Source of the DNA: Candidatus Doudnabacteria bacterium RIFCSPHIGHO2_01_FULL_46_14
GTDB taxonomy: Bacteria; Patescibacteriota; Doudnabacteria; UBA920; 2-01-FULL-46-14
NCBI GenBank assembly: GCA_001779925.1
Contig: MFEK01000014.1
Location: forward strand, 152,168-216,167
Length of the DNA: 64,000 nt
Reading direction: 5' to 3'
The notes under the pieces are model-generated. The model searched no databases and was not told where the DNA came from. It worked only from the letters and a program-made list of their open reading frames with translations. Positions 1-7,965 of this stretch are shown here, one piece after another. The position numbers and the translations under genes are program-made. Within the stretch, counting starts at the first letter, position 1. Each line of letters opens with the position of its first letter.

Positions 1-2777
1 CGAGTGTTTCGACCAAGCTCAACATAAAAAACGCCAAACGGCAGGTGCAAAGTTGGGGCGTAGGTTTTGATTGGTCGCGCGAGATAAATACCACTGATCC
101 GGAATATTACAAATGGACACAGTGGATTTTCCTGCAGTTCTACAAAGCGGGACTCGCGTACGAAGCCGCGGGGCTTATCAACTGGTGTCCGCAGGACAAA
201 ACAGGACTCGCGAACGAAGAGGTGATAGACGGCAAATGCGAACGTTGCGGAACAGTGGTTGAGAAAAAAGAACTGCGCCAATGGTATCTGAAAATCACAG
301 CGTACGCCGAAAAGCTTCTTGAGGGATTGAAAAATCTTCCCGAATGGCCGGATCAGGTCAAGCTCCAGCAGGAAAACTGGATCGGGAAAAGCGAGGGCGC
401 GGAAATTGATTTTCCATTATTTGTTATTCCGGCCGCCGAGCCGGAATCCAGTCCGCCTCAGGCGGATGGATCCCGAAGACCCAAGTCCGGGATGACAAAC
501 TTTTTAATTCTCCATGGGTACACGGGCTCGGCAGGCAGGAATTTTATACCCTGGCTGAAAACAGAGCTTGAAAAACAGGGTTATAAAGTGCAAACACCTG
601 AGCTGCCGAATTCTGATGACCCAAAAGAATCTGAGCAGGTTGATTATATTTTAAAAAAATGCAGCATTGATGAGAATACGATTATAGTTGGTCATAGCCT
701 TGGCTGTATAGTCGCCATGAAAGCCCTGCAAAAATACGGAAAATCCGTTAAGGGGTTAATATTGCTGGATGCGGCCGTAGATCCTGCGTTTTCTGGCGCT
801 ACGCCTCGACCGTTCCACAAGAATTTTTCCTGGAATTTCGACTACGAAAGGTTAAAAAAATACGCACCTGCGCGGACCATACTTTCAGATTTAAAAGAGG
901 GCGAGCCGCGGGTGGGATATCTGAAAACTTTATCAAAGAAACTGGATGCGCAATTGATAACTGGGCGATCAACGGAGAATCACTTCACAGCTGAGCGAGA
1001 ACCATTGGTGTTAGAAATTCTCACCCCTCCCTCAATCCCTCCCCATCAAGGGGAGGGAAGAGGGGAAGGGATAAAAATTTTTACCACCAGGGTTGATACT
1101 TTACCAGGTGCGACCTTTATTGTAATTGCCCCGGAGCACCCTCTTATACAGAATTTTGCCTCAAGGATTTCGAATTTCAGCGAGGTGAGTAAATATATCG
1201 AGGAGGCAAAAAAGAAAACTGATATTGTCCGCTCCGCCAGGGACAAAGAAAAAACCGGGGTGGAATTGAAAGGTGTTAAAGTGGTTAATCCGGTTAATGG
1301 TGAAAAATTGCCGATTTGGGTTGCGGACTATGCTTTGATGGATTTTGGCACAGGCGCGTTATTTGGCGATGCGCACGACGAACGCGATCAAGCATTCGCC
1401 AAGAAATATAAAATTCCTTTAAAAGTAACTCTGAAGCCTGCAAACGGACGCGATGATTCAAAAATTCGGAATTTAGAAGAAGTCTTTATCGATGATGGTG
1501 TTTTGTATAATTCCGGAGAGTTCGATGGTCTATCTTCTGAAGAGGCTCGAAAAGTAATAACTAAATGGTTGGTAGATAAAAAATCAGGACGAGCGACTGT
1601 TTCTTACAAACTCCGCGATTGGGTGTTTTCCAGGCAGAGATATTGGGGCGAGCCGATTCCTATCATTCACTGCCCTGCGTGCGGAATAGTACCAGTACCG
1701 GAAAAAGATTTGCCGGTTCGGCTTCCGAACGTGAAAAAATATGAACCAACCGGAACAGGGGAATCGCCGCTCGCCGCGATAGACAAATGGGTGAAAGTGA
1801 AATGTCCAAACTGCAAAGGCCCAGCCAAACGCGAAACCAATACCATGCCGCAGTGGGCCGGCAGCTCTTGGTATTATTTGCGATACACTGACCCGAAAAA
1901 CAAGAACGAATTGGCAGATGATGAATTGATGAAACATTGGCTGCCGGTTGATGTGTATTTTGGCGGCACGGAACATACGACGCTTCACCTTTTGTATTCG
2001 CGTTTTTGGAATTTGTTTTTGCATGATCAGGGAATCGTGCCGGTAAGCGAGCCGTATACAAAGCGCGTGCCGCACGGGATTATTCTCGCCGAAGACGGGG
2101 AGAAGATGAGCAAAAGCCGGGGCAATGTAGTGAACCCTGATGAAATTGTGAACATATACGGCGCAGACACTTTGCGGATGTATGAGCTATTTTTGGGACC
2201 GCATGGGCAGACTGTTAGTTGGCATAGTCGCGGGATAATCGGTGTAAGGAGATTTTTGGAGAAAGTTTGGCGTCTCGCAAGCATAAAAGAATCATCAACA
2301 TCGCGGATTCAGAGTGATAAATTAGAGAGCATTATTCACAAGACTATTAAAAAAGTTACCGACGATATCGAAAATTTTCGTTTTAACACTGCGGTATCCG
2401 CACTGATGATTTTGGCGAATGAAATGGAAGGAAAACAAGTAAGCAAAAATGACATAACAAGACTGTTGAAATTATTAGCTCCATTTGCCCCCCATATGGC
2501 CGAAGATCTGTGGCGCGAATTGGGAAACAAAGTTTCAATTCATCTCGCACAGTGGCCGGAACATGATCCTGCTTTAGCTAAAGATGAATTTGTAAATGTT
2601 GCAGTGCAGATCAATGGCCGGGTTCGGGATACAGTGCGGATTGCAGTCGCGGCCAGCGAAGCCGAAGCAAGAAATTTTGCAGAAGCAAGCTCCCAAGTTC
2701 AAAAGCATCTGGTCGGTAAGCAAGTTGGGAAATTTATTTATATTCCCGGAAAAATTATTAATTTCGTCGTGAAATAA
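1..2777 (+). CDS. leuS: Leucyl-tRNA synthetase, 5'-truncated by the window edge; carries an inserted alpha/beta-hydrolase domain before the CP1 editing domain
   Basis: The frame is open from nt 3, so the N-terminus lies upstream of the window. Class-I LeuRS motifs are present: GFDWSRE, WCPQD, the CP1 entry motif FTTRxDTL, a KMSKS-like MSKSRGN, and a conserved C-terminal region. An extra stretch of about 220 aa lies between EGAEIDF and IFTTR. Confidence 0.9.
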   Translation, partial: SVSTKLNIKNAKRQVQSWGVGFDWSREINTTDPEYYKWTQWIFLQFYKAGLAYEAAGLINWCPQDKTGLANEEVIDGKCERCGTVVEKKELRQWYLKITAYAEKLLEGLKNLPEWPDQVKLQQENWIGKSEGAEIDFPLFVIPAAEPESSPPQADGSRRPKSGMTNFLILHGYTGSAGRNFIPWLKTELEKQGYKVQTPELPNSDDPKESEQVDYILKKCSIDENTIIVGHSLGCIVAMKALQKYGKSVKGLILLDAAVDPAFSGATPRPFHKNFSWNFDYERLKKYAPARTILSDLKEGEPRVGYLKTLSKKLDAQLITGRSTENHFTAEREPLVLEILTPPSIPPHQGEGRGEGIKIFTTRVDTLPGATFIVIAPEHPLIQNFASRISNFSEVSKYIEEAKKKTDIVRSARDKEKTGVELKGVKVVNPVNGEKLPIWVADYALMDFGTGALFGDAHDERDQAFAKKYKIPLKVTLKPANGRDDSKIRNLEEVFIDDGVLYNSGEFDGLSSEEARKVITKWLVDKKSGRATVSYKLRDWVFSRQRYWGEPIPIIHCPACGIVPVPEKDLPVRLPNVKKYEPTGTGESPLAAIDKWVKVKCPNCKGPAKRETNTMPQWAGSSWYYLRYTDPKNKNELADDELMKHWLPVDVYFGGTEHTTLHLLYSRFWNLFLHDQGIVPVSEPYTKRVPHGIILAEDGEKMSKSRGNVVNPDEIVNIYGADTLRMYELFLGPHGQTVSWHSRGIIGVRRFLEKVWRLASIKESSTSRIQSDKLESIIHKTIKKVTDDIENFRFNTAVSALMILANEMEGKQVSKNDITRLLKLLAPFAPHMAEDLWRELGNKVSIHLAQWPEHDPALAKDEFVNVAVQINGRVRDTVRIAVAASEAEARNFAEASSQVQKHLVGKQVGKFIYIPGKIINFVVK

Positions 2778-3451
2778 TGCAGGCTGTAATATTGGCTGCA
2801 GGATTCGGCACGCGAATGGGCGAGTTGACCAAAACCACGCCGAAGCCTCTTCTAAAAATCGGGAATAAAACCATTCTCGAACATAATCTTGAACAGCTTC
2901 CGGAAGAAATCGAAGAGGTGATTTTGGTTACTGGTTATTTGGGTGGACAAATTAAAAAAGCGATCGGGAATAATTTTGCGGGTAAAAAAATCACCTATGT
3001 AGATCAAAAAGAACTAAAGGGAACTGCTCACGCGCTTTATCAGAGCAAAGATTTGATTCGCGGGCGGTTTTTGGTGCTCATGGGCGATGATCTATATCAC
3101 AAACGCGATCTGGAAAAGCTTATTAAATATCCCCTGGCGATTCTTGTATGGCAGCTGCAAAATGGTGAAAGCGGGGAGGACCGGCACGCAATCGTGAAGG
3201 TCGATGAGGCTGGGGAACTTAGTGATATTGTCGAGCGACAACCTGCAAGAGAAGGGTCCCTAGTTAACACAGCGGCCTATATTTTAAATCAGAATTATTT
3301 CAACTACCCACTCGTTGGCGCTGGCATACCCGCGAAAGAATTTGGATTGCCTCAGACATTTTTGCAGATGGTTCGCGATGGCGCAAAATTTGCCGTAGTT
3401 CCTGCGGAAAAATGGCACAAGGTTGCTTCTCCTGAAGATTTAAAATTGTAA
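2777..3451 (+). CDS. Sugar-phosphate nucleotidyltransferase (NTP-transferase domain protein)
   Basis: The N-terminus MQAVILAAGFGTRMGELTKTTPKPLL matches the G-x-G-T-R nucleotidyltransferase signature. The ATG overlaps the leuS stop. Confidence 0.7.
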   Translation: MQAVILAAGFGTRMGELTKTTPKPLLKIGNKTILEHNLEQLPEEIEEVILVTGYLGGQIKKAIGNNFAGKKITYVDQKELKGTAHALYQSKDLIRGRFLVLMGDDLYHKRDLEKLIKYPLAILVWQLQNGESGEDRHAIVKVDEAGELSDIVERQPAREGSLVNTAAYILNQNYFNYPLVGAGIPAKEFGLPQTFLQMVRDGAKFAVVPAEKWHKVASPEDLKL

Positions 3452-3500
3452 TTCCCATTTTTGACGCAATTGCGTATATTTTGGGAATGATTTTATATTT

Positions 3501-4214
3501 ATGAATAAAGAACAAATAAGAATTGCTATTAATTACGTTAAAAATGGAAAGGCGGTGGTGTTTCCCACGGATACCGCCTATGGTCTTGGCGTGGATGCGA
3601 CGAACTCGAAAGCAGTAATGAGATTATTTAAGATTAAGAAGCGACGACCGACAAAACCGGTGCATATTGTAGTTTCAGGATTCGCAATGGCGAAGCGTTA
3701 TGCCAAGTTTTCGCCGCAGGCAGAGAAATTATTTAGAAAGTTTTTACCGGGAAAATTGACTTTGATTTTACCGTTCAAACCCCCTCCCTCCAGCCTTCGC
3801 GCGAGGCTACGGCGGACGCGGTCAGTCCCTCCCCAGATGGGGGAGGGAAGTTCATATCGAACTCTTTCCGCTGGCACCGGCACAATTGGTATCCGCATGC
3901 CGAAAGACAAGATTGCTCTGGGATTGGTGAAAAAATTGGGCAGGCCGATTACGGCAACCAGCGCCAATATATCCAGCGCGCCGACAGCTTATTCTGTTTC
4001 GCAAATAAAATGGCAGTATCGCAATAAAAAATTGAAACCGGATTTTTACCTGGATGGTGGAAAACTAAATAAGGTCAGGCCATCCACTATGGTAAGATTA
4101 ACTGGTAGCCGAATTGAAATTCTCAGACGCGGGCCGATAACCAAGAAGCAAATACTAAAATGTATCATTTCCGTTTCCCCCAATATTTCTCAATCTCGCC
4201 GAACCGCGAAGTAA
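3501..4214 (+). CDS. tsaC: L-threonylcarbamoyladenylate synthase (YrdC/Sua5 family), with an in-frame insertion of about 20 aa encoded by a palindromic repeat
   Basis: YrdC motifs are present: VVFPTDTAYGLG, KxRxxxKP and TSANxS. Relative to E. coli YrdC, an extra segment PPPSSLRARLRRTRSVPPQMGEGSS is encoded by the GC-rich palindrome at 3780-3850. Confidence 0.75.
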   Translation: MNKEQIRIAINYVKNGKAVVFPTDTAYGLGVDATNSKAVMRLFKIKKRRPTKPVHIVVSGFAMAKRYAKFSPQAEKLFRKFLPGKLTLILPFKPPPSSLRARLRRTRSVPPQMGEGSSYRTLSAGTGTIGIRMPKDKIALGLVKKLGRPITATSANISSAPTAYSVSQIKWQYRNKKLKPDFYLDGGKLNKVRPSTMVRLTGSRIEILRRGPITKKQILKCIISVSPNISQSRRTAK

Positions 4215-4258
4215 CTGAGGTCTACTGGTTCACGATCATTTCCAACCTGGCTTTGTCC

Positions 4259-5317
4259 ATGGTTTTTATTTTCGAGCCGATCTATCTCTATACCCTCGGC
4301 TACAGCCTCATAAAAATCATGGTGTTTTATCTCATGCTTTATGCCTGGTACCTGGTGCTGATCGGCTTTGGTGCGAAATTTGCCAGCCGTTTCGGATACA
4401 AACACTCGATTTTTTTGTCTACCATTTTTTTTGTCCTGTTTTGGTTCGCGCTTTATTTTACAAAAATCCATCCTTTTCTTTTTTATGTCGCGCCTTTTTT
4501 ATTCGCGATGCAAAAATCCTGGTTTTGGCCGGCGTATGATACTGACATGTCGCTTTTTTCCGCTAAGACTCAGCGCGGGCGCGAGGTGGGTGTGCTTTTC
4601 TCTTTGGTGCAAATTGCGTTTATCGCCGGCCCGTTTCTAGGTGGCATGATTTCGGAAAATTTCGGTTTTATGACCCTCTTTGTTTGCTCCTCGATATTAA
4701 TGATTCTCTCCGCGTACCCGCTCTTTTCCAGTCCGGAAATCTATTCGCCTCATCAATTCCGATTCACCAATCTCTGGAAAATGTTTCGGCTTTATCCTTC
4801 CAATTTTTTCGGCTATTGGGGTTATGCCGAGGATTTGATGCTTATGAGTTTGTGGCCGATCTTTATGTATACGGTTGTCGGTGATTTTCAGAGTATGGGC
4901 TTTATTACGACCATTGCGACCATAATCGGAACTGTTATAATGCTCTATGTGGGCAAGCTTATTGACCGCCGCGGCCACAGGCACCGACTCATCGAAAAAT
5001 CCGCCATAGTGTACGGGGTGACCTGGGTTTTGCGGTTTACCGCAAAAGTTCTCCCAATCGTTTTGTTGTTTGATATTTTGACCAAGACTGCCAAGAATAT
5101 CGTGGACGTGCCTATGTATTCTGTTACTTTTGAGAGAGCCTCCGAGCGCGACCCGGATCATGCCATCGCTTATAGCGTATTTTACGAATTCAGCTCGTCA
5201 GTTGGTAAGGTTATCACAGCTCTCGGGGCGATCGGTATTCTTGCCTGGACTGGAAACATTTTTTACGTTTTTGCTTTTGCTGGAGTCTTAACAATGTTTT
5301 ACGGGTTTCTCAAGTAG
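4259..5317 (+). CDS. Multi-pass membrane protein, MFS-transporter-like
   Basis: The whole ORF is strongly hydrophobic with about 10 predicted TM segments. The ORF-track start at 4160 overlaps tsaC; the internal Met at 4259 is the more likely start, but this is uncertain. Confidence 0.5.
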   Translation: MVFIFEPIYLYTLGYSLIKIMVFYLMLYAWYLVLIGFGAKFASRFGYKHSIFLSTIFFVLFWFALYFTKIHPFLFYVAPFLFAMQKSWFWPAYDTDMSLFSAKTQRGREVGVLFSLVQIAFIAGPFLGGMISENFGFMTLFVCSSILMILSAYPLFSSPEIYSPHQFRFTNLWKMFRLYPSNFFGYWGYAEDLMLMSLWPIFMYTVVGDFQSMGFITTIATIIGTVIMLYVGKLIDRRGHRHRLIEKSAIVYGVTWVLRFTAKVLPIVLLFDILTKTAKNIVDVPMYSVTFERASERDPDHAIAYSVFYEFSSSVGKVITALGAIGILAWTGNIFYVFAFAGVLTMFYGFLK

Positions 5318-5502
5318 CGACCCTAATTTACGAATCACATCCGAATGTCACGAATAAAGATCAAAAAACTGAATTTGAAAATACTGCCCTTTGTGTGAAA
5401 CAATCTCGCAACCCTCGCCCGTAATCGGGAGAGGGGGGAACTCCGATCCAGATCGGGGGTGGGTGAGGGTTTGGGGGGTAATATTATTAAATTTGAATCA
5501 AC

Positions 5503-6837
5503 ATGAAATATGAAGCACTAAAAAAAGAGGATCCGGAGATTTATGGTCTGATCCAAAAAGAAGCGAGGCGACAAAAAGAGGGTTTGGAAATGATTCCCTC
5601 GGAAAATTATGCTTCGTCCGCGGTTCTTGAAGCAATGGGTAGCATCCTCAACGTTAAATATGCTGAAGGCTATCCGGGAAAAAGATATTATGGAGGCAAC
5701 ATTTACATTGACGAGATTGAGAGGCTTTGCCAGAAGCGGGCACTCAAGGCGTTTGGGGCCGAAGGTTATCACGTCAATGTTCAGCCGCTTTCGGGAAGCC
5801 CGGCAAACCTGGCCGTGTATTTTGCGCTGCTCACACCCGGGGACACGATAATGTCACTCAAGCTCGATCACGGTGGACATCTCACGCATGGTTCCCCGAC
5901 GAATTTTTCCGGAAAAAATTATAACTTCGTCTTTTATCCTGTCGATCCGAAATTGGAAACACTTGATTATGACGTGATTGAAAAACTCGCGGCCGAACAC
6001 AAGCCGAAAATTATCCTTTCCGGTTATACGGCTTATCCGCGGAGCATCGATTTCGAGCGTATCGCAAAAATCGCCAAGCAAGTCGGAGCGATTTCTATGG
6101 CTGATATCTCACATATTTCGGGCCTGATCGTCGGCGGGGTTCATTCGTCACCGTTTCCATACACCGACGTGGTCATGACCACCACTCATAAAACTCTCCG
6201 TGGTCCGCGGGCGGCCATGCTTTTTTGCCGCGAGGAGTTCAAAGATCAGATCGATAAAGCCGTATTTCCCGGTATGCAGGGCGGTCCCCACGAGCATACG
6301 ATCGCCGGTATCGCTGTTGCTCTGCGCGAGGCGATGACAGATGGATTCAAAGAGTATGTGGCACAGATCTTGAAAAACGCTACAACCTTGGCCAAAAGTC
6401 TGCAGGGCCAGGGTTTGAAGCTTGTCACTGACGGGACTGATAATCATTTGATGTTGATCGACCTGCGGCCGTTTGCCGCAGGGAGTGGAATTTTCGTGGA
6501 AAAAGCTCTCGAAGAAGCGGAAATCAGCGTAAATAAAACCACAGTACCGAATGACCCGATGCCGCCGTACTATCCTTCCGGCATCAGATTAGGGCCGCCG
6601 GCTTTGACCAGCCGGGGTATGAAAGAGCAAGAAATGGAGCAAGCTGGTAAATTGATCGCGCGAATTGTCAAAGAGTTCGCAAAAATCAAATTGCCGGAAG
6701 AGAAAGAAAAACGCGCAGCATCCGTCAAAGAATTCTCAGCCAAGCTCGCGGATAACTCCTTGATTAAAGAGGTTAAATCACAAGTCATTGAACTTGCTAG
6801 TAAATTTCCCGTTCCGGGAATAGATTTACCCCATTAG
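5503..6837 (+). CDS. glyA: Serine hydroxymethyltransferase
   Basis: Full-length SHMT with the motifs SENY, YPGKRYYGG and the PLP-site HKTLRGPR. Confidence 0.95.
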   Translation: MKYEALKKEDPEIYGLIQKEARRQKEGLEMIPSENYASSAVLEAMGSILNVKYAEGYPGKRYYGGNIYIDEIERLCQKRALKAFGAEGYHVNVQPLSGSPANLAVYFALLTPGDTIMSLKLDHGGHLTHGSPTNFSGKNYNFVFYPVDPKLETLDYDVIEKLAAEHKPKIILSGYTAYPRSIDFERIAKIAKQVGAISMADISHISGLIVGGVHSSPFPYTDVVMTTTHKTLRGPRAAMLFCREEFKDQIDKAVFPGMQGGPHEHTIAGIAVALREAMTDGFKEYVAQILKNATTLAKSLQGQGLKLVTDGTDNHLMLIDLRPFAAGSGIFVEKALEEAEISVNKTTVPNDPMPPYYPSGIRLGPPALTSRGMKEQEMEQAGKLIARIVKEFAKIKLPEEKEKRAASVKEFSAKLADNSLIKEVKSQVIELASKFPVPGIDLPH

Positions 6838-6892
6838 ATAAGTTTGGAAAATGACCGATGATTCTACAAAATTAAAATATCTAACGGGGTAA

Positions 6893-7405
6893 ATGCGCAA
6901 TTTCGATCTTCAAGTTTTCGAGTATATTAATGGCCTTGCCCTGAAATATCCGCTCTGGGACAAGGTCGTCATTTACGCCAACGAGTATGGCCTTTATGTT
7001 TTCGCTGGGATTGTCGCGATACTGTTTTTCGTCAATCGCCGAGCTTTCTGGGGTGCTGCGATTTCCTCAATTCTTGCCCGCGGAATCATTACAGAGATCA
7101 TTCGCTATGCGTATAAACGGCCGAGGCCATTTGTCAACGATCAGTTGGAAAACGTCCGACAGCTTGTTGTAAAAAGTGTGATCAACGATTCATTTCCTTC
7201 GGGGCACGCCGCGTTCTATTTCGCAATTGCTTTCGCCGTGTATTTCCAGAACCGCAAGGCCGGTGCTGTTTTGATTATTCTGGCGGTGATTCTGGGAACG
7301 ACCCGAATCTACACGGGAATTCATTATCCATCAGATATTCTGGGGGGCGCTCTGATTGGTTTTGCTTCAGCGTGGGTTGCGGGTAAGCTGCTTTTTCGCC
7401 GGTAA
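6893..7405 (+). CDS. PAP2-family phosphatase, likely undecaprenyl/lipid-phosphate phosphatase
   Basis: PAP2 motifs KRPRPF, PSGH and SRxxxxxHxxxD are present in a membrane protein. Confidence 0.75.
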   Translation: MRNFDLQVFEYINGLALKYPLWDKVVIYANEYGLYVFAGIVAILFFVNRRAFWGAAISSILARGIITEIIRYAYKRPRPFVNDQLENVRQLVVKSVINDSFPSGHAAFYFAIAFAVYFQNRKAGAVLIILAVILGTTRIYTGIHYPSDILGGALIGFASAWVAGKLLFRR

Positions 7406-7451
7406 AAACTGTGCTAGTCTAAGAATAGACACGAGTAAAGAATCGCCAGAA

Positions 7452-7853
7452 ATGAAACAAAATCAACAATCCCTGCCAATTCTGTTTTTTGCTTGGTTTT
7501 TTGTTGCCCAGCCCGGTAAAATAATCGCCAGCGGTAAGAACACCATGCATTGGGTCTGGCAGTATTTTTCTATCGGCTTTTTACTGCCGCGGCTGTTTGC
7601 GTCCTGGCATCGGGATATTACCTCATACGGCCGCGGTTTTGATTTGAAGCGTTCCTTGCACGCGCTTGGCTGGAACATGATTTCCCGCGTAATCGGCGCG
7701 TTTCTGCGGGTGGTGTTTATCATTCTGGGATTGGCTTTTGAGCTTTGTGTTCTGATAGGAACAATTTTCGCGCTGGTCTTATGGTACTCTTTTCCTATTA
7801 TTGTCCTGTTTTTAGCCATTGGTAAAATCTCGCTCGAGATTCTTCAAACATGA
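7452..7853 (+). CDS. Hypothetical membrane protein
   Basis: An ORF with predicted TM segments; the start was chosen at the MKQNQQ Met. No recognisable family. Confidence 0.35.
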   Translation: MKQNQQSLPILFFAWFFVAQPGKIIASGKNTMHWVWQYFSIGFLLPRLFASWHRDITSYGRGFDLKRSLHALGWNMISRVIGAFLRVVFIILGLAFELCVLIGTIFALVLWYSFPIIVLFLAIGKISLEILQT

Positions 7854-7965
7854 CCACGTAATACATTTTGAGTTTACCAAGTAAGTATTAAAATATGTAT
7901 TTAAGTATAACTAATTCAGGATCAGCTTTTGTTCTCCGGCAGCAGTCGAAGATCTCCCAAGGCTG

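Noticed and set aside
1046-2530. Antisense ORFs inside leuS (1046..1246, 1584..2075, 1663..2061, 2027..2284, 2336..2530) and the many similar antisense or overlapping ORFs in the track throughout the window
   Set aside because: They lie opposite to or within well-supported conserved genes. They lack RBSs and have composition typical of antisense frames of GC-moderate coding DNA.
4160-4258. ORF-track start of the membrane transporter at 4160
   Set aside because: It overlaps the last 55 nt of tsaC in another frame. The internal Met at 4259 lies just after the tsaC stop and is more plausible, though this remains uncertain.
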